A stretch of DNA of 55,132 nt, from assembly GCA_964649245.1 (NCBI GenBank), contig CAZYOS010000002.1, forward strand, positions 1-55,132, written 5' to 3'. The position numbers and the translations under genes are program-made. The DNA comes from an uncultured Clostridium sp. (GTDB taxonomy: Bacteria > Bacillota_I > Bacilli_A > RF39 > UBA660). The notes below the pieces were generated by a model that was not told where the DNA came from, ran no database searches, and saw only the letters and a list, made by a program, of their open reading frames with translations. Positions 1-11,400 of the stretch are shown piece by piece (the stretch's first letter is position 1; the number at the start of each line of letters is the position of its first letter).

Positions 1-387
1 GAATTTAAAGATAAATATCCAAGTTCTTTATCAGGAGGTATGAAACAAAGAGTTGCTTTGATCAGAACACTATCTACTAAACCAGATATTCTTTTACTAG
101 ATGAACCCTTTTCTGCATTGGACTATCAAACAAGACTAAAAGTAAGTGATGATGTATATAACATTATAAGAAATGAAAATAAAACTGTTCTAATGGTAAC
201 TCATGATATATCTGAAGCAATATCGATGTCAGACAAAATAATAGTATTGACAAAGAGACCTTCTAATATAAAAAATATACATATAATTAATCTATCAAAT
301 AAGAGTACTCCTATTCATAATAGAACAGCTAAAGAATTTTCTTCTTATTATGATAAAATATGGAAAGATATTGACAGCCATGAGTAG
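1..387 (+). CDS. ABC transporter ATP-binding protein, NitT/TauT (sulfonate/nitrate/taurine)-like; 5' end cut by window edge
   Basis: Frame 1 is open from nt 1 (EFKDKYPSSLSGGMKQRVALIR...). It shows the ABC signature LSGGMKQRV, Walker B LLLDEPFSALD and H-loop VTHD. Confidence 0.85.
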   Translation, partial: EFKDKYPSSLSGGMKQRVALIRTLSTKPDILLLDEPFSALDYQTRLKVSDDVYNIIRNENKTVLMVTHDISEAISMSDKIIVLTKRPSNIKNIHIINLSNKSTPIHNRTAKEFSSYYDKIWKDIDSHE

Positions 388-1156
388 AGAACAAAAAATA
401 TTTTTAAATAAAATTAAATTAAATAAAGTAATTATTGTATCTATTCAAATACTAATAATATTATTATTTATATTTTTTTGGCAGTTACTTGCTAATAAAC
501 AAATAATTAATACATTTATAACTAGTTCTCCAAAAGAAATAATAAAAACAATAATTTCATTGTATAATAATAATTTATTAAAGCACATTTTTGTTACCAT
601 TAAAGAAACCTTAATTGCATTTTCATTTACTACTATACTTTCATTAATATTCGCTATTATATTATATAATGAAGAGTTTTTAGCAAAAATATTAGATCCT
701 TTTTTAACAATATTTAATTCACTTCCAAAAGTAGCATTAGGTCCCTTATTAATAATTATTATTGGTTCAAATACAAAAAGTATTGTTACAATGGCAATAC
801 TAATATCAATTATTATAAGCTTAGAAACAATATTAAATAGTTTTAAAAGCACAGATCCTATTAAGATAAAATTACTTAAAACATACAATGCATCTAAGTA
901 TGATATTTTAACGAATGTCATATTACCTTCAAATAAAGACACAATTATAAATACATTAAAAATAAATATATCAATGTGCCTAATCGGAGTAATACAAGGA
1001 GAATTTTTAACTTCAAAAGCCGGTATTGGTTATTTAATACTATATGGTTCTCAAGTATTTAATTTGAATTTAGTAATGACAGGAATTATAATATTAGGTA
1101 TTATTTCTATAATTATGTATAAATTAATAATGATGATTCAAAAAAACAAGTACTAA
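380..1156 (+). CDS. ABC transporter permease (TauC/SsuC-like, binding-protein-dependent family)
   Basis: Multi-TM protein directly coupled to the ATPase. The motif SLPKVALGPLLIIIIGSN is typical of this permease family. The ATG at 380 overlaps the upstream stop (ATGAGTAG). The ORF-track start at 350 remains possible. Confidence 0.75.
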   Translation: MSREQKIFLNKIKLNKVIIVSIQILIILLFIFFWQLLANKQIINTFITSSPKEIIKTIISLYNNNLLKHIFVTIKETLIAFSFTTILSLIFAIILYNEEFLAKILDPFLTIFNSLPKVALGPLLIIIIGSNTKSIVTMAILISIIISLETILNSFKSTDPIKIKLLKTYNASKYDILTNVILPSNKDTIINTLKINISMCLIGVIQGEFLTSKAGIGYLILYGSQVFNLNLVMTGIIILGIISIIMYKLIMMIQKNKY

Positions 1157-1165
1157 ACTTGTTTT
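1143..1165. terminator. Bidirectional intrinsic terminator between convergent genes
   Basis: AAAACAAGT-ACTAA-ACTTGTTTT is a perfect 9-bp stem flanked by A/T runs. It straddles both stop codons. Confidence 0.6.
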
Positions 1166-1848
1166 TAATTGTCCTTTTCTTTGTATAATTTAAATAATAC
1201 CATCGTAATTATTATTAATGTAAATAACACAACACCAACAATAATATAAATTGTATTAAATAGTTTTGTTATGGAAAAATCAGATTTACTTATAGCGAAC
1301 TTAATATTATTATCTTCTTCTTTAAGAATCCACGTATATTTTCCATTATTTAATGTATCTTCATTACTATCAGAAACTATTTTATCTGATGTTACCGTAA
1401 ACAAAGTATCTTCATAATTACACAATGCTTTTCCTGTTAATTGATAATAATAGTTAACATCATCTTCATAATAAGAAAATGTTTCAAAACAATTTTTAAA
1501 ATAATAATTAGTTTCAAAATTTGAATAATTAAATGAATAATTGTATTTAATTAAATATTCATCTCCTTCTTCAAATGATGATTCAGTATATCTTGTATTA
1601 ACATCATCATTATATGCTGGTATTAACAAATTGTTTTTATATTCGATTAGTAACTCTTTTAATTCATTTTTTGAATAATCTTCAGTAAATTCAGGGTTTG
1701 TATTTATATAATAGTTTTTAAATTCATCTAATGTAAATTCAGATGTTATGGTTGATTCAATATTCTTATCATTAAAATTGTAATTTATTTCATTAGTGCA
1801 TCCCGTTAATAATATTAGTAATAAAATTATAATTATATATTTTTTCAT
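1165..1848 (-). CDS. Hypothetical lipoprotein with C-terminal TM helix
   Basis: Strong RBS (TAGGAGG). The N-terminus MKKYIIIILLLILLTGC is a signal peptide plus lipobox Cys. There is a C-terminal hydrophobic helix. No family recognised. Confidence 0.6.
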   Translation of the reverse strand: MKKYIIIILLLILLTGCTNEINYNFNDKNIESTITSEFTLDEFKNYYINTNPEFTEDYSKNELKELLIEYKNNLLIPAYNDDVNTRYTESSFEEGDEYLIKYNYSFNYSNFETNYYFKNCFETFSYYEDDVNYYYQLTGKALCNYEDTLFTVTSDKIVSDSNEDTLNNGKYTWILKEEDNNIKFAISKSDFSITKLFNTIYIIVGVVLFTLIIITMVLFKLYKEKDN

Positions 1849-1857
1849 TATTACCTC

Positions 1858-2883
1858 CTAACAAGAAAAACTTTTCTTATTAACTGTAGAGCATCCACCA
1901 TTAGTTAATTCAAAATGCATAGGATCATAGTATTGAGCTCCCCAATTACCACCCCAGCACCATCCGTTACCTTGGAAATATTTTTTGTATATAATATAAT
2001 TAACATTATATTTGCAGTCTTCTTTTCCATTGCATGCTTCACAAATAAATTTATTATAATTATACCATTCGTTAGGACCATATCCCGAATAAGGAGTATA
2101 TGTTTTTCCATTTACCGTTACAGACCATAGATTATTTAAATCAACAGCTAAGCCTCTACCATGATATCCTGCTTTAGGAACATAAGCACCTGCTGTTTCA
2201 AGATTGATAATAATTGGTGTTGATTTAACATAAGTACATACATTAGATAATATCGAATGAATTTGTGTAGAAATCTGAGAATTAAATCCTAGTCTTCTAT
2301 AAATAGTATGATGATCAGAATAATATAAAGTACATCCTAAATTAGTAGTATCAATATATGTAATATTTGAAGAATCAATCGTACTTCCATCAACATATGA
2401 ACTAGAATCACTACTTCCATTGCCAATCGAAGCTAAAATATCATTTAACTTTTGTCTTTTTATTTCAGCTTCTTTTGCAAGCTCCTCTTTTCTTCTTTGC
2501 ATTTCTTGTTTTAATTTTTCTATTTCTAATTGCTTTTCAGCAGCTTCTGCGCTTTTCCTTTGAGAAATATACTCAATATTAGCATTTGAATAACAAGTAG
2601 TATATTGATTATTAAAACCTATTATATTACATAAAATTCCTATAAAAGTGGGTACCAAAAAAACTATAACAGCAGAAACAGACTTTTTAACAATACTACT
2701 AGTTATTTCACTCGAAGTCTTATCGCTAGCATCCATTATTCCTCTTACAAGAGTAAACATTAAGGAAACTATCAAGATAATTGGTACAAATGTACATACA
2801 GCTAAAATTATGGTTTTAACTATATATACAACTTGCAGTATTCCTGAACTTTCACAAAAATTAATTGCTAATAAATTAATCAT
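1858..2883 (-). CDS. Membrane-anchored LAS/M15-family (VanY / D,D-peptidase-like) zinc peptidase with coiled-coil linker
   Basis: RBS AGGAAG. N-terminal TM helices are followed by a Glu/Lys coiled coil (EKQLEIEKLKQEMQRRKEELAKEAEIKRQK). The C-terminal motifs GYHGRGLAVDLN (H-x6-D) and DPMHFE are typical of M15 peptidases. Confidence 0.6.
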   Translation of the reverse strand: MINLLAINFCESSGILQVVYIVKTIILAVCTFVPIILIVSLMFTLVRGIMDASDKTSSEITSSIVKKSVSAVIVFLVPTFIGILCNIIGFNNQYTTCYSNANIEYISQRKSAEAAEKQLEIEKLKQEMQRRKEELAKEAEIKRQKLNDILASIGNGSSDSSSYVDGSTIDSSNITYIDTTNLGCTLYYSDHHTIYRRLGFNSQISTQIHSILSNVCTYVKSTPIIINLETAGAYVPKAGYHGRGLAVDLNNLWSVTVNGKTYTPYSGYGPNEWYNYNKFICEACNGKEDCKYNVNYIIYKKYFQGNGWCWGGNWGAQYYDPMHFELTNGGCSTVNKKSFSC

Positions 2884-2995
2884 ACATACACTTCCTACTA
2901 TATTATAACAATTTTATTTTCTTTCTTCAATAAAATATGACATACATTATTGATAAAATAATAATAACACATATATTATTATAAAGGAGGAATTT

Positions 2996-3652
2996 ATGAA
3001 TAAATGTAAATGTGATTGTAACAATGAAAGATTTATATGTCCATCTGTATATACATGTTTTGGGCCAACAGGTCCTACTGGCCCTACTGGTCCCGCTACA
3101 ATAACTGTAGGAACTACTGTAACAGGAAGTCCTGGTACTAATGCTAGTGTTACTAATCAAGGAACAAATAAAAATGCTGTATTAAATTTTACAATACCAC
3201 AAGGATTAACGGGTGCAACAGGACCTACTGGTCCTACTGGAGCTACACCAACTATATCTTTAGATAGTATTTTAGTATCAAATGATGGATTACAAACCGT
3301 AACTACAAATTCAGCATTAAATTTAGGGACAGTTATTAATACAACAGGAACAAACATTACCTTCACTGCACCAAACACAGTTAATATAACTACACCAGGA
3401 ACATATTATGTTCTATTTGAAGTACTAGCAGCAAATACATCTACTTCAGGAGATGTAGGTGCTTCAATGGAAATTAATGGAACAATAGTACCAACTGCAT
3501 CAGAATATGTATCATCAACAACAACACAGACACAATTTGTGCTACAACATAATATAACAATAACATCTAATTCTACAATTACTATAAATAACAATTCTAC
3601 AGTATCAAATAATTATCATGATTCAAGTATATCAGTCATTAAAATAGCATAA
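2996..3652 (+). CDS. Collagen-like (G-X-T triplet) BclA-like exosporium/surface protein with C1q/TNF-like C-terminal domain
   Basis: Strong RBS AAAGGAGG. The N-terminus is Cys-rich. Two collagen-like tracts are present (GPTGPTGPTGPAT and GLTGATGPTGPTGAT). The Thr/Asn/Ser-rich C-terminal beta domain resembles the BclA C-terminal domain. Confidence 0.7.
   Translation: MNKCKCDCNNERFICPSVYTCFGPTGPTGPTGPATITVGTTVTGSPGTNASVTNQGTNKNAVLNFTIPQGLTGATGPTGPTGATPTISLDSILVSNDGLQTVTTNSALNLGTVINTTGTNITFTAPNTVNITTPGTYYVLFEVLAANTSTSGDVGASMEINGTIVPTASEYVSSTTTQTQFVLQHNITITSNSTITINNNSTVSNNYHDSSISVIKIA
3062..3100 (+). repeat. Collagen-like G-P-T triplet tract 1 (coding)
   Basis: ggg cca aca ggt cct act ggc cct act ggt ccc gct aca translates to GPTGPTGPTGPAT. 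Confidence 0.9.
3203..3247 (+). repeat. Collagen-like G-X-T triplet tract 2 (coding)
   Basis: The translation is GLTGATGPTGPTGAT. Confidence 0.9.
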
Positions 3653-4716
3653 TGAAAGTAATAGTATATGCAATATCAAAAAATGAAAGCAAATTTGTAA
3701 ATCGTTGGTTCAATTCAATGAAAGAAGCAGATCAAATATTTGTTTTAGACACTGGATCAACTGATGATACAATAAAAAAATTAAGAGCTAAAAATGTAAT
3801 TGTAAATGAAAAGAAATATAATACATGGAGATTTGATATAGCAAGAAACGATTCTCTTTCATTTGTGCTTAACGATGTTGATATTTGTGTATGCACTGAT
3901 TTAGATGAAGTATTTGAAAAGGGATGGAGAAAAAAATTAGAAGAAGTATGGAATAATAAAATAACAAGATGTGAATATACATACAACTGGTCATTAAAAA
4001 ATAACATACCTACAGTGTCATTTGTATATGATAAGATTCATAGTAGAAAAGACTATATTTGGAAAAATCCAGTTCACGAAATATTAATAAATATTAACAA
4101 TAATGAACTAAGAACTAAAGATGAGAATATTGTTTTAAATCATTATCCAGATGAAAATAAAAGTAGAAGTTCGTACCTATCTTTATTAGAACTAGCAGTA
4201 AAAGAAGACAATAATAATGATAGAAATATGCATTATTTAGGTAGAGAATATATGTATCGTAAAAGATATAATGAAGCAATAGATACATTAATAAAACATT
4301 TAAATCTTGCTACTTCAGTTTGGAAAGATGAAAGATGTGCATCTATGAGATTTATAGGTAGATCATACAAACTGCTCAAACGATATAAAGAAAGTGAAAT
4401 GTGGTATAAACTAGCAATTAAAGAGTCGCCTCATTTGAGAGACCCATATATAGAATTAGCATTATTATATTACGAATTAAATAATTACAAAAAAGTAGAA
4501 TACTATATAAGAAAATCATTAAAAATTATTAAACATCAAAAAACATATATAAATGAAGTATTTAGTTGGAATGAATTTCCATACGAACTATTATATATAA
4601 GTTGCTTTTATCAAAAAAAATATAAAGCAGCACTAAAATATATAAATATTGCATTAAAATATAATAATAACAAGAGAATTATTAATAATAAGAATATTAT
4701 AAACAAATACTTATAA
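3652..4716 (+). CDS. Glycosyltransferase (GT-A/GT2-like N-domain) fused to TPR repeats
   Basis: The start overlaps the bclA-like stop (TAATG). The N-terminus VIVYAISKNESKFVNRWFNSMKEADQIFVLDTGSTDDT and the acidic CTDLDE (DxD-like) motif fit a GT-A domain. The C-terminal half is TPR-like (YLGREYMYRKRYNEAIDTL..., YKLAIKESPHLRDPYIELALLYYELNNY). Confidence 0.65.
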   Translation: MKVIVYAISKNESKFVNRWFNSMKEADQIFVLDTGSTDDTIKKLRAKNVIVNEKKYNTWRFDIARNDSLSFVLNDVDICVCTDLDEVFEKGWRKKLEEVWNNKITRCEYTYNWSLKNNIPTVSFVYDKIHSRKDYIWKNPVHEILININNNELRTKDENIVLNHYPDENKSRSSYLSLLELAVKEDNNNDRNMHYLGREYMYRKRYNEAIDTLIKHLNLATSVWKDERCASMRFIGRSYKLLKRYKESEMWYKLAIKESPHLRDPYIELALLYYELNNYKKVEYYIRKSLKIIKHQKTYINEVFSWNEFPYELLYISCFYQKKYKAALKYINIALKYNNNKRIINNKNIINKYL

Positions 4717-4770
4717 ATATGAGTATTTGTTTTTATATAAATCTATGATAAAATATAATTGTGATTTAGA

Positions 4771-5400
4771 ATGAATGATGATAGTAAAATAAAAGAATTA
4801 AGCAAAATAAGATTAAAAAAATCAGTAGTAGGATTATTCTTTGCTGTGCTTTCTTTTTTATCTTATCAAATATTCTATTTATCAATATTTTTTGCTATAT
4901 TGGCAATATTATTTTCAATTATAAGTCTTTTTGAAAAGCAATGGTTTGGCATATTTGTAATTATTATAAGTATAGCATCTATTATAATATACTTCTTATA
5001 CTACAAGCCTAAATATACAGACCCAAATATAAAAGAAAATATTTTTATAGGTACTTGGACGTATAATACATCTGGAGGAACATATGTATTTAGTGAAGAC
5101 TATACATATTATCAGTATATTACTAATGACATAACAGATAATTACTGTTTAGGAACATATAGGTACACTTATGGTATAGAAAACGCATATGGAATAACAA
5201 CATATCAAGATTATGATTATTATTACTACGTTATGAGACTCAATCCATCAGAATGTATTATTAGTGGAAAAACGCAAGAAGACACAACAAAATTTAATAA
5301 AGATATGATATTTGGATTCAATAAATTTGACAGCAATACAAAATCAATAATTATTAATGCTTCGTCAGAAAATATATTTCATTTAACAAAAATAAAATAA
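4771..5400 (+). CDS. Hypothetical membrane protein (2-3 N-terminal TM helices, Tyr/Thr-rich C-domain)
   Basis: Long ORF with hydrophobic segments (VVGLFFAVLSFLSYQIFYLSIFFAILAILFSIISL...). The RBS is weak. No family recognised. Confidence 0.5.
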   Translation: MNDDSKIKELSKIRLKKSVVGLFFAVLSFLSYQIFYLSIFFAILAILFSIISLFEKQWFGIFVIIISIASIIIYFLYYKPKYTDPNIKENIFIGTWTYNTSGGTYVFSEDYTYYQYITNDITDNYCLGTYRYTYGIENAYGITTYQDYDYYYYVMRLNPSECIISGKTQEDTTKFNKDMIFGFNKFDSNTKSIIINASSENIFHLTKIK

Positions 5401-5450
5401 AAACAATCAAATGTACTTCTAAATTAGAAAATACAATGATTGTTTTTTAT
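5399..5450. terminator. Long imperfect hairpin, probable bidirectional terminator
   Basis: AAACAATCA..TGTA..TTCT-AAATT-AGAA..TACA..TGATTGTTT is followed by TTTTTAT and preceded by an A run. It lies between convergent genes. Confidence 0.5.
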
Positions 5451-5458
5451 TTGTAAAA

Positions 5459-8400
5459 TTATGAATCGATTAAATACCATGCATAGAATACACTATTTGC
5501 ATAATTATCAGCATTGCCATTTGCCGTATCTAATGGATAATTAATAGTAAGGCCTGCATTATTAGGCAAAAATTCAAATCCGGTTAGATAAGGCGGAACT
5601 ACTCCAGCAAAAGTAACGGTAGTTAGATTTGTTGCGCTAGTAAATGCTCTTTCAGAAATAGCAATAATTCCAGAAGGAATAGTAATTCTTCTAAGCCTTG
5701 TATTACCAGTAAATGAACCACTCGCAATTACTTTTACCGTACTAGGAATAGTAAATGTATTTCCACTTAATGATTTAGCATTAGGCACTTTTATTAAGGT
5801 TTCCATGTCTTTACTATATAAGACTCCATTACTTGAAGCAAAATATAGATTGTTAGTATTAACATTAATAGTAGTTACATATTGATTTCCTGATAAGAAT
5901 GCATTACCTACATTCATTACATTAACTCCTAATGTAACCGTTGTAGCATTAGTAACATCATCAAATGCATCGGTTTCAATTTGTCTTACGGGATACGTTA
6001 CATTACTAATAGTGAATGTATCTGGAACACTAATATTATTACTTGATAAATAACCAGTAATTTTTATATAATCTACGTCCGCGTCAACAATTTCATATAC
6101 AAAATTTTGATAAGTATCTCCCAATTGCCTGATGTTTTGTAATCCCCATAAACTGTCATTTGAATAAGCATCCGTATACCCTCTAGGTACATATACGTAC
6201 AAATAACTTGTATACCATGTATATCCAAAGAAAGATTGTGGTGTTCTAGCTGGTAAAGTGGTTTCAGTTATTTGAGGAGGAACTTGAGTATTAATGTTAA
6301 TTCTAGTTAAATTATTAGTAGCATATGAATTATATAAAGCATAAGCACCAATTGATAATACACCAGTACCTAATGTTGCTGTTCTTAGGTTAGTACAGCC
6401 ATTAAATGCATAATCTTCTATGTAAGTAACCGAGTTAAACGTAATAGTTCTTAATGTAGTTGATTGTTCAAATGAATGAGCACCAATAGTAATTAAATTG
6501 CTACCGCTCAGTGAATATACATTTCTTCTATAGAATGCATAATCCCCAACATCAACAACAGTAGAAGGTAATGTTAAATTCCAGTTTACCCCAGAAACTA
6601 CATTAACTAAGTAGTAAGCTCTCTCACCGATACTTCTTACGAAGTAGTCATCTTCTCCTATTACTATTCTTGATGGTATTGTATAAGAAGAAGATATATC
6701 AGCACCATGATATTCAATGAGAACCCAACCTGTAGAACCATTAATATTAGCAAGTTTTACAGAATAAGCTCCAATATCATATCCATTATGTGTATAAGAT
6801 CCTTGAATTATACCCGTTTCATAAACATAAGGATCAAGTTCAGTAGGCAATATTTCTTGATATGCTTCAACCATAGTCATTGCACCCGCTGTACCAGAAG
6901 GAACATAAACTCTTAGTCTACTTCCTATAACTGTTCCACAATTAGAAAACGCGGTAGGATCAATCGTAATATTAATAGTACTTGAATAAGTTGTGTTATT
7001 AAATATTATTCTTGCAACATTTGTGTCATTTAAGAATGCATTTGCAGCAATACTAGTTACTGTACCAAGGTTAATAACTATCAGGTTGGCGTTATTTTGA
7101 AATGCCGATTCACCAATAGAATACAATCCTTCAAAAGTTGCTGCAGTTAAATTACTTGCACCATTAAATGCATTTTCTTTTATATATAAGCAATTATTAG
7201 CAGTTATGTTTCTAATACCAGTATTATTTTGAAATGCTGATACACCTATATTTAACAAATAATCACTGCTTATATCATAAGATGCTGTTCCATCAAATGA
7301 TGCATGTCCAAATGCATAGTCTCCTATTGAAATAACTGGTATACCAGAAGTTGCATTTTGACTAATTGAAGTTATAAATACAGACAAGTCAGAAATTGAA
7401 TGTCTAACTCGAATTGTAAGACTATATGTTGCACCTGGTTGTATGATATTATTATGAGTTACACTCGTTAGTACAGCAGTATTACCACTAATCACAGCAC
7501 CATTATTATCTGTTGATATTCCAGATATAGTTCCAGAGTTCGGCATATTAATTGTAACTCTCCATGCAGTAGTAGCAGTAGTTCCATTATTAGTAATATC
7601 AATAACAACATTTTTTACATAGTCGCTTCCTTCAATCCATCCAGTGCCATATGAAACCTCACTGCTTAAAAATCTATCATTCAAATCTAATAATGTTGGG
7701 AATTGATAACTACCATCTATTGTACTTCCGTGATATTCAACTATTTCATATCCATTGTTACCATTTATTGTAGTATTTTTTATTGAATAGTCTCCGATAT
7801 CTATTTCATCAATTAAACCACTAGGAATATAACTTCCAACTATATCATCATATGAATAAAAGTAAGGCTGATACTGTGTTGGAAAATGGGCTTTATAAAC
7901 ATCAACAAATTCTTCATTAGTTGTTGTAACTCCATTTGAAACATAGAATCTTTGCCTATTCTCGGTAGATGTTCCAATATTACTAAATACATTAGCATCT
8001 ATTGATAATGAAGGACTACTAGGAGAATCAAAGATTACTTGATATAAATACGGTGCATTTGTAATAGTATTCGCACCCATGGTTTGAACTTTACCAAAAT
8101 TCATTATGTATAAATTATTTGTATTTCTAAATACTCCTGTTCCTAATAAATTTAAGTTATTAAATGACCCTTGAGTAATAGATGATCCAGAGAATGCATA
8201 ATTATCTATTGTAACAACATTATTTAATGTTACATGTCTAATTCCAGAGTTATTAGCAAACGCATTCTTTCCTATATATAAGATATTACTTGATTCAATA
8301 TCAAATGTAGTACCAGTTTCAGTAGCAACATGAGAATAAGCATTTTCTCCAATAGATATAACATTATGAGATGTTGCATTAGGAACAGTAGTTCTAATGC

Positions 8401-11400
8401 TTGATATTTCAATATCTGTTATTCCATTAGTTGTACTCTTAATATGGAAATTAACTGTTTTAGAAGCACCTGCAGCTAATTTACCTATAGAAGCATTTCC
8501 ATTCTTAAAAGTTATAACACTTGTTCCATTTACCGCTGTAACTCCTGCACCAGTTTCACCATACATACCGCCATCAATAACAACATCAACTTCCCAAGCA
8601 CTTATTTCTAAATCACTCGTATTAGTCATTGTTACAGCGACAGAAACATCTCTTAATCCTGCTCTATTTACAAAATATGAAATATCTAAAGCATCAGTAC
8701 CAAGAGTAACAGTCGCGGGTAAAACATAACTACTATTTAAATCAGGTCCGTGATATTCAATTATTTCATAGTCAGTAACATCACTACCAGAAGCATTCTG
8801 TTTAGTTACCTCTCTTACGGAGAACAAACCAATATTATAATTAATTGCTCCAGTGTAATGGCCAATAATTGTACCAGTTGGATATATATAATCAGCTAAA
8901 TCTGTAAAAATACCTCTATAAAAATCAAGTAAATTGTTTTCATCAGGTACATACATTCTAAATCTATTAGCAATATTAGTACCTGTGTTTTCAAAAGCAT
9001 CACTTGCATAATTAACATTTCTAAGAGTATTAGTAAAAAATACACTAGTCAAATTAGGTGTTTCAGCTGCAGCTAAAGTTCCAACTTCAGTTACAGGACC
9101 TAGTTTAAGTCTGTAAAGTTCATCACAATTATAGAATGCTCTAGTTCCCAAAGTTTTAAGTTTCTCAAAGAATCCATAATGTATAGTACTTCCTTCAAAT
9201 GCCGATTCACCTATAGTAGCAACTTTTGCTGCAACTACATGACCAATATCAAATCCATAAAAAGCACCTTTGCTAATGTTTATAAGTTTTTCAGATTCAA
9301 TATTAAATTCAGAACCACTAGCAACAACTGTATTCTGATAAGCACCTTCACCTATAGATACAACATCTTTTGTTGTTCCGTTTGCTGTTAAATAAGTTGG
9401 TAAGTTTGAAGTTAAATCAGGTCCTTGATAACTAATTATTTCATATCCAGTCACACTGGCATTATTTGTATCTCTAACAGTAACAGTTCTAACTGTATAA
9501 TTAGATAAATTATAAGGAACAGCCATATACTGATATGAACCAACATCAATTCCAGTAATATAAATATAATTAGCATTATCAGGAAATTTTTCTTTATATA
9601 GTGATAATACAGTTTTTCCACTTGCAAGAGTAGCATCTGGAACATAAAATCTAAGTCTACCATCGATATAAGCTCCCCAATTATTAAAGAATGCATTAGT
9701 TCCCACAGTTAAATCAATTTCTTCAGTATTATTAACAAGTAAACTATTACCATTGTTAATATAAAATCTTTGCATTTGAGGACAATTAGAAAATGCATAA
9801 TCTCCAACAACAGAAAGAGTACCTACACTTGCTTCATATAGATTAAGAGAATTTGCAAATGCATAATCATCGATAGTTATAACATTATTAAGTTGAATTG
9901 TCTCTATAGGAGTATTATAAAATGCATAATTTCCTATATAAGTAGCCCTATTAGCAGTAATACCAGTTAAATTAGTTTGATAAAATGCATAATCTCCAAT
10001 GTACGTAACATTATTAAAGTACTCTACAGCAGTTAAATTAAGTCCATAAAATGCACTAGGATCTATTCTAGTTATAGTATCGGGTAGAGTTAATTTAACA
10101 CCACTCGTGTTTACAATATTCATTTCTCTAAAACTATTATTTCCAATTTCAGTAACATTCTTTGAAGAGCCCTGATATGTTATAGTTTCAGGAATTCCCA
10201 ATGTAGTAGCAGCAGCAGATAAATATTTATTAACAACATATGATATTCCAAGTCCTGTATTAGTATTAAACACAAAATATCTTCTATCATCATCTAAATT
10301 ACCACTTATAAATAAATATTCAGGAGAAATACCTTGAACATTAGAATAAGTTGATATACTTCCATTTGGAACGAATATTCTAGCACTTGTTCCAAAAGTA
10401 TTAGTTGCTAACGTAGGTGGAACAGAAGAAACAAATTTTACATATATAGAAGAGTCAAAAGCCGCACTTCCAATAGTTGTTACTGTACTAGGTATAGTAA
10501 TAAAATTAAATTCATCATCAGTTGAAGCAGGAATAGCTCCTAGTTGAACTCCAGAAAAAGCATTATTTCCTATTTCAGTAACAGTTTTAGGTAAAATAAC
10601 TGTTTTAAGAGTAGTCTTATTTAAAAAAGCATTATTAGGAATTTTATTATTAGTAGTTCCATCAGTAACTCTCGAATTGTATAAACTAATATATTCTAGT
10701 GAGGACATTGCACTACTGTTAGCATAAACGAAATCTTCAAGTTCAAAATACTGTGCATTTAATGTCCATATAACGAGTTTCTCAATATTATCTATATCCT
10801 GTGAAATAGTAGTAGATCCCTGATTTTCGAAGTAAGCTTCAAGAAGTCCCTGTAATGTATCCGGAGCCGCCTTAATATAAACTATATATGAATTTAATTC
10901 ATTTTCTATAGGAACAACAGATATATCATCTTGATTCGTTTGAATATCACCTATATCAAAGTTTTCTGAACCTCCAACAGTAATATCACCAGATGTAATA
11001 CCTTTAATTATCAAAGTATTTCCACTATTAGGTGCTAAATATGGAGCAGCATTAGATGGCAATAATATTCCATAACTGCCTAGTATTCCATAAATTTCTC
11101 CTAAATTATATACATAAATTTGAGCTTTCGTGTATGTTTCTTGTAAAGTCATATTACTAAAGTCCAATTGAGTAACTGATCCATTGTTTACAACTTCTAT
11201 ATTAGTTGAACCATCAGCAGCTGTAATATTTCCAACTACGACTTCGGGTCCAATAGTTATTCTTGAGTTAGAGTCAACAATCATATCTATAGGTACTAGT
11301 CCAGTTGAACTCTTTACTATATGAGCAGAATCTAAATATAATCCATCAGTTTCACCATCTTGTATTACATTAACATTAAATTCTCCACCAACCACGACAT

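Noticed and set aside
445-942. 165-aa antisense ORF inside the ABC permease gene. The same verdict applies to the other antisense or embedded ORFs at 1905-2130, 2648-2908, 2927-3160, 3157-3594, 3732-4007, 6707-6916, 8397-8729, 9179-9696, 12189-12494, 13501-13791, 18283-18468, 20769-20984, 21887-22513, 24194-24412, 24651-24881, 25427-25681, 26001-26189, 29068-29391, 33418-33636, 40673-41147, 41171-41506, 46085-46339, 46622-46804, 48732-49034 and 51454-51678.
   Set aside because: All lie opposite or inside much longer ORFs with recognisable domains. They lack RBSs and have the low-complexity Ile/Leu/Phe/Asn/Ser composition expected from random frames in AT-rich DNA.
2941-2995. Possible sigmaK-type promoter (CATATATTA at 2970-2978) upstream of the bclA-like gene
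   Set aside because: The -10-like CATA-N3-TA is present, but no AC -35 element lies at the required 16-17 nt spacing; the nearest AC is 24 nt away. Such motifs occur by chance in AT-rich DNA.
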